Below are positions 28,071-36,506 of a DNA stretch of 64,000 nucleotides, piece by piece (the first letter of the stretch is position 1; each line of letters opens with the position of its first letter). The stretch comes from an uncultured Desulfobacterales bacterium (GTDB lineage: Bacteria > Desulfobacterota > DSM-4660 > Desulfatiglandales > HGW-15): NCBI GenBank assembly GCA_964443135.1, contig CAYUBQ010000017.1, forward strand, positions 726-64,725, in the 5' to 3' direction. Under the pieces are notes generated by a model. That model did not search any database, had not been told where the DNA came from, and saw only the letters and a program-made list of their open reading frames with translations. Made by a program: the position numbers and the translations under genes.

Positions 28071-28583
28071 ATGAACAGCCGAAGAGAAGAGAAGCACGTG
28101 CTCAGCCTGCTGGTGCAGAACGAGCCGGGGGTCCTGTCCAGGATCTCCGGGCTCTTCAGCGGGCGGGGGTTCAACATCGAGAGCCTGGCCGTGGCCGAGA
28201 CCGAGGAGGGCGGGATCAGCCGGATCACCCTGATGACCAAGGGCGACCAGGCGATCATGGAGCAGATCAAGAAGCAGCTGAACAAGATCATCAACGTGCT
28301 CAAGGTCATCGATTTCGAGGACACCCCCTGCGTTCGCCGTGAGATGGCCCTGATCAAGGTGCGGGCCAAGCCCGAGCACCGTTCCGAGATCCACCGGATG
28401 GTGGAGGACTTCCGGGGCCGGGTGGTGGACGTGGGCCGGGACTTCTACACGATCGAGGTCACCGGGCGCGAGGACAAGATCGAGGCGTTCCTGGATTTGA
28501 TCCAGCCCCGGGGGATCAAGGAGGTCGCGAGGACCGGGGTCATCGCCCTGGGGAGGGAGGCTCGGAAGGAAAAACGGGGATAG
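28071..28583 (+). CDS. ilvN: Acetolactate synthase small (regulatory) subunit
   Basis: ACT domain HVLSLLVQNEPGVLSRISGLFSGRGFNIESL. Confidence 0.95.
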   Translation: MNSRREEKHVLSLLVQNEPGVLSRISGLFSGRGFNIESLAVAETEEGGISRITLMTKGDQAIMEQIKKQLNKIINVLKVIDFEDTPCVRREMALIKVRAKPEHRSEIHRMVEDFRGRVVDVGRDFYTIEVTGREDKIEAFLDLIQPRGIKEVARTGVIALGREARKEKRG

Positions 28584-28712
28584 GAGAGGGGGGTAAACCT
28601 TGCGGCGGCATGCAAATGCCGCCCTGCTTGGATGCGGCTTTTACGGCAGAGACCCGGAGACGAATGTTGGAGCAACCCCCACAATCAGAGACAGAGAACA
28701 ACAAAGGAGAGC

Positions 28713-29762
28713 ATGATGGCGGAGATCGATTTTGGAGGCGTGAAGGAGAACGTGGTCACGGCCGACGAGGTTTCCCTGGACAAGGCCCGGGAACTGCTCG
28801 GGGACGAGACCGTGGCGGTGCTGGGATACGGCGTGCAGGGCCCGGGCCAGGCGTTGAACATGCGGGACAACGGCATCCGGGTGATCGTGGGCCAGCGGGA
28901 GGGGGGCGAGTCGTGGGAGAAGGCCGTCCGGGACGGGTTCGTTCCGGGCGAGACCCTGTTCCCCATCGAGGAGGCCGCCCGGCGGGGGACCATCCTCCAG
29001 TTTCTCGTGTCCGACGCCGGGCAGGTGGCCTCCTGGCCGGAGGTGAAGGCCGGGCTGGCCCCGGGCGATGCGCTCTACTTCAGCCACGGGTTCGCCATCA
29101 CCTACCGGGACCAGACCGGGGTGATCCCCCCGGACGACGTGGACGTGATCCTGGTGGCGCCCAAGGGGTCGGGCCGGACGGTGCGGACCAACTTTCTGGA
29201 CGGAAGCGGCATCAACGCCAGCTACGCGGTGTTTCAGGACGCCACGGGCCGCGCCGAGGAGCGCACCCTGGCCACGGGGATCGCCATCGGATCGGGATAC
29301 CTGTTTCCCACCACCTTCGAGAAGGAGGTGTTCAGCGACCTGGTGGGGGAGCGCGGGGTGCTCATGGGGGCCCTGGCCGGCGTGATGGAGGCCCAGTACG
29401 ACCTGCTCAGGAGAAATGGGCACAGCCCGAGCGAGGCGTTCAACGAGACCGTGGAGGAGCTCACCCAGAGCCTCATCCGCCTGGTGGCCGAGAACGGCAT
29501 GGACTGGATGTACGCCAACTGCAGCACCACGGCCCAGCGGGGGGCCCTGGACTGGCGGCACCGGTTCCGTGAGGCGGTGGCGCCGGTCTTCGAGGAGCTT
29601 TACGACAGCGTGGCCTCGGGCAAGGAGACCCGCATCGTGCTCGAGGCGAACAGCGCCCCGGACTACCGGCAGCGGCTTCGCAGGGAGCTGGACGAGATCC
29701 ACGACTCGGAGATGTGGCGGGCCGGCGCGGCCGTGCGAAAGCTCCGTCCCGAGAACCGTTGA
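28713..29762 (+). CDS. ilvC: Ketol-acid reductoisomerase
   Basis: ATG at 28713 after AAAGGAGAG. GYGVQGPGQALNMRDNG, SHGFAI, LVAPKGSG, FEKEVFSDLVGERGVLMG. Confidence 0.95.
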   Translation: MMAEIDFGGVKENVVTADEVSLDKARELLGDETVAVLGYGVQGPGQALNMRDNGIRVIVGQREGGESWEKAVRDGFVPGETLFPIEEAARRGTILQFLVSDAGQVASWPEVKAGLAPGDALYFSHGFAITYRDQTGVIPPDDVDVILVAPKGSGRTVRTNFLDGSGINASYAVFQDATGRAEERTLATGIAIGSGYLFPTTFEKEVFSDLVGERGVLMGALAGVMEAQYDLLRRNGHSPSEAFNETVEELTQSLIRLVAENGMDWMYANCSTTAQRGALDWRHRFREAVAPVFEELYDSVASGKETRIVLEANSAPDYRQRLRRELDEIHDSEMWRAGAAVRKLRPENR

Positions 29763-29787
29763 AGCCCTTGTCAGACCGGGATGTTCA

Positions 29788-29892
29788 AGTTGACGCATTC
29801 GAAAAAACCCGCTCACGCGCCGCTGGGGACGATACAATCTGTTGGAATCTCAGGGGCAGATCTCGAGGCTTGGGGCTTTTGGGGACGCTATC
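29788..29892 (+). repeat. Structured interspersed element, copy E (full length)
   Basis: AGTTGACGCATTCGAAAAAACCCGCTCACGCGCCGCTGGGGACGATACAATCTGTTGGAATCTCAGGGGCAGATCTCGAGGCTTGGGGCTTTTGGGGACGCTATC. Confidence 0.85.
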
Positions 29893-29955
29893 AAAATATG
29901 ATTTGACAAAATGACCTGGTCTGGTCAGACTAAATGGATCAAGGAGGGTTGTTTT

Positions 29956-30201
29956 ATGCAAATCACCAATATTTCAGAGGCAAAGGCCCAGTTGTCCGCA
30001 CTCGTTGAACGGGTTCGGGCCGGGGAGGATATCATCATCGGAAAGGCCGGCCGGCCTGTCGCCCGGCTCGTCAAATACGAAAACAGCCGTCAGGCACGGC
30101 GGCCTGGGGCGCTGAAGGGCAGGATAAGGCTTTCAGATGATTTTGACGAGCTGCCCGAAGATCTGGCAGAAGCGTTCGGCATGGAGATGGAGAAAGAGTG
30201 A
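29956..30201 (+). CDS. Phd/YefM-family antitoxin
   Basis: MQITNISEAKAQLSALVERVRAGEDIIIGKAGRPVARLV. AAGGAGGG RBS. 4-nt overlap with the toxin gene. Confidence 0.85.
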   Translation: MQITNISEAKAQLSALVERVRAGEDIIIGKAGRPVARLVKYENSRQARRPGALKGRIRLSDDFDELPEDLAEAFGMEMEKE

Positions 30202-30575
30202 ATCTCTTCATTGACACCCACGTGCTGTTATGGTGGCTTGATGACAGCCCGAAGCTCTCCGAAGCCGGGCGAACCGCCATTTCAGATCCAGGCAATCTGA
30301 TCGTCTTGAGTGCCGTCGTGGTTTGGGAGATCCGGATCAAGCAGGCCCTGGGGAAGCTGGAAATCCCTCCGAGTTTTTACCGGGTGGTACAAGAACAGGG
30401 ATTTGAACTGTTATCGATAACGGGGGATCACGCATACGCTGTGGGTGACCTTCCCATGCACCACCGGGACCCCTTTGACAGAATGATCATTGCCCAGGCC
30501 AAACTCGAAGGCCTTACGGTGGCGACCCGCGACACTGTCTTCAACCAATACGACATCCCGGTTCTCAGGGTCTGA
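30198..30575 (+). CDS. vapC: PIN-domain toxin
   Basis: LFIDTHVLLWW, LSAVVVWEIRIK, HRDPFDRMIIAQA. Confidence 0.85.
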   Translation: MNLFIDTHVLLWWLDDSPKLSEAGRTAISDPGNLIVLSAVVVWEIRIKQALGKLEIPPSFYRVVQEQGFELLSITGDHAYAVGDLPMHHRDPFDRMIIAQAKLEGLTVATRDTVFNQYDIPVLRV

Positions 30576-30576
30576 C

Positions 30577-30594
30577 AACCCGCTCACGCGCCGC
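30577..30594 (+). repeat. 18-nt fragment of the structured element (copy I)
   Basis: AACCCGCTCACGCGCCGC is identical to 29806-29823 of copy E. It starts 2 nt after the vapC stop codon. Confidence 0.5.
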
Positions 30595-30618
30595 CATCAG
30601 GCTCCGTCCCGAGAACCG

Positions 30619-32268
30619 CTAGTAGTCCGTCCCGCCCCTGGCGATGGGATACCGCCTCCCGTACCCGAAGGCCTTGCTGGTCACCTTGAGGCCGGGCGGC
30701 GCCTGGCGGCGCTTGTACTCGTTGAGGTTCAGGCGCCGAAAGACGTCCGCCACCACGGCCGGGTCGAACCCCCGGGAGGCGATCTCCTCCTGGGACAGGT
30801 TCTTCTCCAGCGCGTCCTCCAGGATCCGGTCCAGCACGTCGTAGGGGGGGAGCGTGTCCTGGTCGGTCTGGTCGGGGCGGAGCTCCGCGGAGGGCGGCCT
30901 GGTGATGATGCGCTCGGGGATGATCGGCCCGCTTTCGTTGATCCGGTGTGCGATCCGGTAGCAGAGGGTCTTGGGCACGTCGGAGATCACCGCCAGCCCC
31001 CCGCTCATGTCGCCGTACAGGGTGCAGTATCCCATGGCCAGCTCGGACTTGTTCCCCGTGGAGAGCAGCAGGGCGCCCAGCTTGTTGGAGACGGCCATGA
31101 GGAGGGTTCCTCGAACCCGCGCCTGGATGTTCTCCTCGGTCGCGTCCTCCTCCATGTCCCGAAAGAGCGGGGCCAGCACCTCCTTGAAGCGCTCGAACAG
31201 GTCCTGGATGGGGATCTCCTCGAAGCGGATGCCGAGGTTCCCGGCCAGCCGCCGGGCGTCCTCCCGGCTCATGGCCGACGTGTACTCCGAGGGCATGGAG
31301 ATCCCGATCACGTTCTCGGGGCCCAGGGCGCGGGCCGCGATGACCGCCGCCAGGGTGCTGTCGAGCCCCCCGCTCAGCCCCACCAGGGCCTGTCTGAACC
31401 CGCACTTGCGCGTGTAGTCCCGGGTGCCCATGACCAGGCCTTTCAAGACGGACGCGGTCCGGTCCAGCCAGGGCTCGGCTACGGGCGGAGCGTCCTCCTC
31501 CGTGTCCCAGTAGAGGACGGCTTCTTCGAACTCGGGGGCGGCCTGCACCAGGCGGCCCTTCCGGTCCACGGCCATGCTGGAGCCGTCGAAGAGAAGGTCA
31601 TCGTTCCCGCCCGCCTGGTTGCAGTAGGCGATCGCGACGCGGTAGCGGGTGGAGAGCCGCTCCAGGATGCCGGCCCGGAGAGCGGGCTTTCCCATGGTGT
31701 AGGGAGAGGCGGAGATGTTCACCAGGAGGTCCATCCCCCGGGAGGCCAGATCCTCCACGGGATGGAGGTCGTAGAGGGGGAGCGGGACGCCCGCGATGTC
31801 CCCGACGTTCCAGATGTCCTCGCAGACGGTGACGGCCACCCTGAGCCCCTGGAGCTCGAAACGGAGGCTTCGGGGGGCGGGCTCGAAGTAGCGCGCCTCG
31901 TCGAAGACGTCGTAGGTCGGCAGGAGACGTTTCCCTCCGCTCTTCAGCACCCGGCCCTCCCCGAGGAGCGCGGCTCCGTTGATCAGCCGGTTCCGGCTGC
32001 GGCCCGGCTCCACGAACCCGCAGAGCACGTGGATGCCCCGCACCTCCCGTGCGAACCGTTCCAGGGCGTCTCGACTCTCCCGGACAAAGGCGGGTTTCTC
32101 GAGGAGGTCCCTGGGCGGGTAGCCGATCAGGCTCAGCTCGGGGAACACCGCGAGGGCGCATCCCTGCGCCCTGGCCTCCTCGAGCCGGCTGCGCAGCATG
32201 GCCGTGTTGTGCTCGAAGTGGCCGATGATCGGGTTGGTCTGGCAGAGGGCGATCTTCATGGGTCTCAC
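30619..32268 (-). CDS. nadE: Glutamine-dependent NAD+ synthetase
   Basis: N-terminal CN-hydrolase domain (IALCQTNP..FPELSLIGYPP) plus the NAD synthetase domain (GLSGGLDSTL, SELAMGYCTLYGD). Confidence 0.95.
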   Translation of the reverse strand: MRPMKIALCQTNPIIGHFEHNTAMLRSRLEEARAQGCALAVFPELSLIGYPPRDLLEKPAFVRESRDALERFAREVRGIHVLCGFVEPGRSRNRLINGAALLGEGRVLKSGGKRLLPTYDVFDEARYFEPAPRSLRFELQGLRVAVTVCEDIWNVGDIAGVPLPLYDLHPVEDLASRGMDLLVNISASPYTMGKPALRAGILERLSTRYRVAIAYCNQAGGNDDLLFDGSSMAVDRKGRLVQAAPEFEEAVLYWDTEEDAPPVAEPWLDRTASVLKGLVMGTRDYTRKCGFRQALVGLSGGLDSTLAAVIAARALGPENVIGISMPSEYTSAMSREDARRLAGNLGIRFEEIPIQDLFERFKEVLAPLFRDMEEDATEENIQARVRGTLLMAVSNKLGALLLSTGNKSELAMGYCTLYGDMSGGLAVISDVPKTLCYRIAHRINESGPIIPERIITRPPSAELRPDQTDQDTLPPYDVLDRILEDALEKNLSQEEIASRGFDPAVVADVFRRLNLNEYKRRQAPPGLKVTSKAFGYGRRYPIARGGTDY

Positions 32269-32310
32269 CGGGGTCGGGAAGGAGCGGGCTCGAATCGGCC
32301 GGCGCGGTGC

Positions 32311-33516
32311 TCAGAGGACCGCGCCGGCCGCTTTGTCCAGGGCTTTGATCAGGACCGGCAGCTGCTCGTCCATCTGAATCCCGATGGGCAGGGTCAGGGC
32401 GCGGGAGAGGATCCCGGCGGTCCTCGGGAGGGCCCCGGGATCGAACGCGCACCGGAGGCCGCCGTCGGGCGATCGGAACGGCCATCCGCCGGACAAGGGG
32501 GTCCGTCCCTCGAGGAGGTGCTCCCACTGCCCGTAGGCATGCCAGAGATTGTCGTGCCAGTACACCGCGCCGGCGCCTTGGTCCGACAGGACCCGGTTGA
32601 ACGCCCGAGCCTTTTCGGCGGTGGGGAGAAAGAAGACGAGAAAGGTGGCGCTGTCCCCGGCCGGGTCCGGCAGATCGCGGAAGGCGATCCCGTCGTGCTT
32701 CTGGAGGGCTTCCCTGAGAACGCGCTTGTTTTCCCGCTGCCCGGGAAGGATGACCGGCTCCAGCTTTCGCAGCTGGGCCAGGCCCAGGGCGCCCTGGAGC
32801 TCCATCATCCGGTAGTTGAAGCCGAAGAAGCGCCGCTTCTCCAGGCCCCGGCCGACGGCGGGATCGTGGTCGTGCCCGTGGTCGTGGTACTCGGAGGCCC
32901 GCAGATAGAGCTCCTCGTCGTCGGTGATCACCATGCCTCCCTCGCCCGTGGTCAGGGTCTTCACGGAGTCGAACGAGAAGGTTCCCAGGGCGCCGAAGGA
33001 GCCGAGCGCGCGCTGTCCCAGGCGGCCGCCGCAGGACTGGGCCGTGTCCTCGATCACGGGGACGCCGTGACGGCCGGCGGCCGCGACGATCTCCTCCACG
33101 CGGGCCTGACCGCCGCACATGTGAACCGGGATCACGGCCTTGGTGCGCGGCGTGATGCGCGCTTCCAGGTCGTTCGGATCGAGACAGAGGGTTTCGTCGA
33201 TCTCCGCGAACACGGGCACGGCCCCGGCGTCCAGGATCGCCTCCCAGGTGGCCACGAAGGTGAACCCCTGGGTGATCACCTCGTCGCCCGGCCCGACGCC
33301 GAGCGCGGCCAGGGCCACACGGAGCGCGGCCGTACCCGAGCTGACGGCGAGGGCTTGGCGGACCCCGCAGTACCGGGCGAACTCCCTCTCGAACGTCTCG
33401 ACCTTGTACACGCCTTCCCGCCGGTCTTCGAACTCGTAGCGGAAGAGCACCTTTCTGGACAGGACGTCCAGGATTTCCTTCTGTTCCTCTTCACCGATGA
33501 TCTCGTGTCCCGGCAT
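32311..33516 (-). CDS. DegT/DnrJ/EryC1/StrS-family sugar aminotransferase
   Basis: ALAVSSGTAALRVAL, GDEVITQGFTFVAT, FSFDSVKTLTTGEGG (PLP lysine). Start at MPGHEI (33516). Confidence 0.9.
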   Translation of the reverse strand: MPGHEIIGEEEQKEILDVLSRKVLFRYEFEDRREGVYKVETFEREFARYCGVRQALAVSSGTAALRVALAALGVGPGDEVITQGFTFVATWEAILDAGAVPVFAEIDETLCLDPNDLEARITPRTKAVIPVHMCGGQARVEEIVAAAGRHGVPVIEDTAQSCGGRLGQRALGSFGALGTFSFDSVKTLTTGEGGMVITDDEELYLRASEYHDHGHDHDPAVGRGLEKRRFFGFNYRMMELQGALGLAQLRKLEPVILPGQRENKRVLREALQKHDGIAFRDLPDPAGDSATFLVFFLPTAEKARAFNRVLSDQGAGAVYWHDNLWHAYGQWEHLLEGRTPLSGGWPFRSPDGGLRCAFDPGALPRTAGILSRALTLPIGIQMDEQLPVLIKALDKAAGAVL

Positions 33517-33590
33517 ATCCGGCTCCTCGTTTCGATGGGGTTCGACCGCCCCGGCCTCGCCGGGGTCGGCTGCATACGGCCTTGAAACCT

Positions 33591-33695
33591 GATGGGGTCG
33601 CAAAACGCCCTTGGCCTCGAGATCTGCCCTCGGAATATCGATAGATGATACCGTTTCCAGCGGCGGGTGAGCGGGTTTTTGCGAATCCGCCAAAC
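33591..33695 (-). repeat. Structured interspersed element, copy F (full length)
   Basis: Minus-strand reading GTTTGGCGGATTCGCAAAAACCCGCTCACCCGCCGCTGGAAACGGTATCATCTATCGATATTCCGAGGGCAGATCTCGAGGCCAAGGGCGTTTTGCGACCCCATC. Flanks are AACCTG and AACCTA. Confidence 0.85.
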
Positions 33696-33853
33696 CTAGC
33701 GCAGATCCGGAACATGAATCAAGGGGGAAAAGAAAGTGTCATGGATCCAACCCGCGTCAAGGGCATGACGTGTGCCGGTGGGGCCGAAGGGTCTCGATTC
33801 GCCCGGCCGGGCGCCGGATCCGGCCGCACGGGTCTCCTTTTCCGCGAGGCTTC

Positions 33854-33869
33854 AGGCACGGAATGTGCA
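33854..33869 (+). promoter_or_regulatory. Sigma-54-like promoter upstream of cheD
   Basis: AGGCACGGAATGTGCA with canonical GG/GC spacing (12 nt), ~50 nt upstream of the ATG at 33920. Confidence 0.4.
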
Positions 33870-33919
33870 AATCAGAGCCCCGACAACCGCTCACTCACTG
33901 TTCCAGGTCGTGGAAAGCC

Positions 33920-34432
33920 ATGTTCAACAAGTCGGACGTACCTGCCCCGTCGAACTACTTCCTGAAGCCCGGGTACATCTATCTCCCTTCGGAGCCCACC
34001 GTGGTGTCGACCGTGCTCGGTTCCTGCGTGGCCGTGATCCTGTGGGACAAAAAGCGCAAGGTGGGGGGAATCAACCACTTCCAGCTGCCCACCTGCAAGG
34101 ACGCCGACACGGCCACGGCGCGGTTCGGAGACGCCTCCACGGGGATGCTCATTCGAATGATGATCGAGGACGGATCGAGGAAAACGCACCTCGAGGCTCA
34201 GGTCTTCGGAGGGGCCTACAACCGCTCCGTCTCGTCCCGGAACGTGGGCGGGGAGAACATCCTCACCGCCCGGCGGGTGCTGGCCCGGCACGGCATCCGC
34301 ATCGTTTCCGAGGACGTCGGCGGAGAGCGCGGGCGCAAGATCGTCTACGACGCCGTGCTCAACGAGGTGGCGGTCCTGAAGGTGGAGAACCTCCGAAAAG
34401 GTGACTGGCACCCCTACCAGGGCGATCGATAG
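33920..34432 (+). CDS. cheD: Chemoreceptor glutamine deamidase CheD (copy 1)
   Basis: TVLGSCVAVILWD..GGINHFQLP and VFGGA..NVGGENI..EDVGGERGRKI. Confidence 0.85.
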   Translation: MFNKSDVPAPSNYFLKPGYIYLPSEPTVVSTVLGSCVAVILWDKKRKVGGINHFQLPTCKDADTATARFGDASTGMLIRMMIEDGSRKTHLEAQVFGGAYNRSVSSRNVGGENILTARRVLARHGIRIVSEDVGGERGRKIVYDAVLNEVAVLKVENLRKGDWHPYQGDR

Positions 34433-34473
34433 TCCTTCCACGGCCGCGACGTCCCCGGCGTCGTCGATGCGCC

Positions 34474-34565
34474 GATTTGACGGTTTCGCAGGAACCCGCC
34501 CACCCGCCCCCATGCCCGTCGAAACCCAGGCTCGACTTGTGGCCGGATCGCCGGAGATTCCCATC
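34474..34565 (+). repeat. Structured interspersed element, degenerate copy G
   Basis: GATTTGACGGTTTCGCAGGAACCCGCCCACCCGCC matches ~30 of 35 nt of the 5' arm. The later segments GTCGAAACCCAGG, CTCGACTTGTGGC and TCCCATC are recognisable. Confidence 0.5.
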
Positions 34566-34709
34566 ATGTGGGGCTTCTGACCGGGGCGACGGCCGCACTC
34601 CTTGCCCGCCGGGGGGGATCGGCCATGGGGGCGGACGAAAAGGGCATGAGAATTGCAGCAGCATCGCTCCACCTGATCCCGCTCGGCCGAACGGGCCGAG
34701 CGTAAACCG

Positions 34710-35594
34710 ATGGAGCAACATGTCATGAACAGATCGCACGTCCTTTGGATTCCCCAGCACGGGTCCGGAAAGGTGAGAAGCGTTCTTCTGCGGCCCGGCT
34801 ATCTTCGCGTCCTCCTCGCCGTGGTCCTCCTGTGCCTCGCTTCCATCCCCGTCCTGGAGAGCGGCGTTCTCTCTCTGGCCGAAAGGATTGGTGAGCTGGA
34901 GGAGGCCCGCGGAAAGCTCCAGGAAGAGATCTCCAGGCTCGAGTATGTCAAGCGCGAGCTCGCACGCATCACGGAGAAGGAGCAGAGACTGAAGGATTAC
35001 TTCGGCATGGCCCGCTTCCGCTCGCTCGAACAGGTGGTGGGCGGGGGACCGGACGGACCGGAGGATTTGGTGGGGAAGGCCGTGGGCCGCTCCGCCCCCG
35101 AAGGTCTTCCCGAGCGGTTGGAGACCCTGGCCGGGAACTTCGAGGCGTTCGGGGACCTGATGATCCGCCAGGCCGACGGCTGGAACGAGACGCCCAGCAT
35201 CATTCCGGTCGACCTGAAGAATCCGGTGATCTCCTCGCCCTTCGGGTGGAGGAAGAGCCCCTTCACCAACAAGCGGGAGTTCCATGCCGGCATCGACGTC
35301 ATCGGTCGCACCGGGACGCCGGTGGTGGCTCCTGCGGCGGGAGCGGTGATCAACCTCGGCCACGACCGGTGGCTGGGAAACTACGTCGTGCTCCAGCACT
35401 CGGGCGAACTGAAGACCATTTACGGTCACCTGCACGAGGTCTCGGTGAACAAGGGAGACCGCGTCGGGAGGGGCGACGTCATCGGTCAGGTGGGAAACAC
35501 CGGGCTCTCCACGAGCAGCCATCTGCACTACTCCGTGCTGGAACGAAACCGGGCCGTGAATCCCATGCAGTACATCCTGGACGTGTCCGGTTGA
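34710..35594 (+). CDS. M23-family (LytM/EnvC-like) peptidase with N-terminal TM and coiled coil
   Basis: FHAGIDVIGRTGTPVVAPAAG, VLQHSGELKTIYGHL, GNTGLSTSSHLHYS. Confidence 0.85.
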   Translation: MEQHVMNRSHVLWIPQHGSGKVRSVLLRPGYLRVLLAVVLLCLASIPVLESGVLSLAERIGELEEARGKLQEEISRLEYVKRELARITEKEQRLKDYFGMARFRSLEQVVGGGPDGPEDLVGKAVGRSAPEGLPERLETLAGNFEAFGDLMIRQADGWNETPSIIPVDLKNPVISSPFGWRKSPFTNKREFHAGIDVIGRTGTPVVAPAAGAVINLGHDRWLGNYVVLQHSGELKTIYGHLHEVSVNKGDRVGRGDVIGQVGNTGLSTSSHLHYSVLERNRAVNPMQYILDVSG

Positions 35595-35620
35595 GGCCGC
35601 GAGGCCGTCACGAGGCAGGA

Positions 35621-36292
35621 ATGAAGCGGTTCGCCCATGCCACGAGCGCGTTCGTCGGGCTCCTCCTGGTCCTCGCGCTGATCCCTGCGGGATCGGGCCG
35701 CGCCTCGTCCGCTCTTCCGGAGCTGGATCGGGCGGCGGTCTTCTGCACGTTTTACGCCTTGAGCGGAGAGCAGCCGGAGGACCGGGACATCGAGGATTTC
35801 CGCTGGAGCACGGGAAAGCCCACCTTCTCCGCCTTCAAGCCGGCGGAGATGTTCTCCCGGAAAGGGCTTCGAGAGGCAAGGCGGGAGCTCGACCGCCGCG
35901 TGGAGAGCGTCGGTCCGGACACCCTCTTCCGGTGGGCGGCCGAGGGGATCGTCGTCCCGGGGGGCGGAGGCGGCTTCTCCTTTCGCTCCGGCACGGGCCG
36001 AACGGACCTCCCCCACGCCACGCCCCTCATCCAGGCCGAAATCTCTTCTGACGGGTGGAAGCGGCTCCAGCGCGCCCTGAAGCGGCTTCCGCCCTCTTCC
36101 GAACCGAATGCCTCCGGGAAGGGACCTTCTCCCCGGATCCTTCTCGAGCCCCTGCGGGTGGAGAACCGGATGGAGCGGCGGAACATCGCGCTCGAGGAGG
36201 TGACCATCCCCGTCCGCGTGGTGGTGTTTCGGCCCGTGGCCCTCGAGACCGCGGATGCGACGGGCTGGAAGACGATTCCCGTATCTCCGTAG
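35621..36292 (+). CDS. Secreted protein of unknown function
   Basis: ATG at 35621. Signal MKRFAHATSAFVGLLLVLALIPAGSGRA. Coding-type composition. Confidence 0.5.
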   Translation: MKRFAHATSAFVGLLLVLALIPAGSGRASSALPELDRAAVFCTFYALSGEQPEDRDIEDFRWSTGKPTFSAFKPAEMFSRKGLREARRELDRRVESVGPDTLFRWAAEGIVVPGGGGGFSFRSGTGRTDLPHATPLIQAEISSDGWKRLQRALKRLPPSSEPNASGKGPSPRILLEPLRVENRMERRNIALEEVTIPVRVVVFRPVALETADATGWKTIPVSP

Positions 36293-36430
36293 CCATGGAC
36301 GCGCAGCGCGGATGTCCGGAGACCCGGGCACGTCAAAAGGATGACGGGACGGGGGCGCCTGTTCGCCCCGGGGATCTTGAAACGGTCCCGGGCCCTGTGC
36401 AGGCAAGCGGCGCGGGGCGGAATGCTTTGG

Positions 36431-36446
36431 TGGTACAACTTTTGCT
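36431..36446 (+). promoter_or_regulatory. Sigma-54 promoter upstream of the cheZ-like/cheY/cheA operon
   Basis: TGGTACAACTTTTGCT, against consensus TGGCAC-N5-TTGCW, ~60 nt upstream of the ATG at 36507. Confidence 0.55.
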
Positions 36447-36506
36447 TTGTCTCGGGGAAAAGGACAAGCCGCGTCCCGAGCGGCGCGTTGGCAAGGAGGA
36501 GGGGGT

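Noticed and set aside
28596-28630. The palindrome GCGGCGGCATGCAAATGCCGCC between ilvN and ilvC as a sigma-54 site or a terminator.
   Set aside because: It does not fit TGGCAC-N5-TTGC and has no T-run. It is probably just an intra-operon hairpin.
29785-29897. Target-site duplications at element copies C, D, E, G and the mini copy.
   Set aside because: The flanking 6-mers match at only 1-3 of 6 positions (for example TCAAGT against CAAAAT at copy E). Only copies A, B and F support a duplication.
4098-33695. Reading the ~104-nt repeats as integron attC sites of a cassette array.
   Set aside because: The copies occur in both orientations. Housekeeping operons lie between them. No intI or attI is present. 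The termini (GTTGACG / CGTCAAC) do not fit the R'/R'' boxes GTTRRRY/RYYYAAC. The similarity is limited to an imperfect hairpin with bulged bases.
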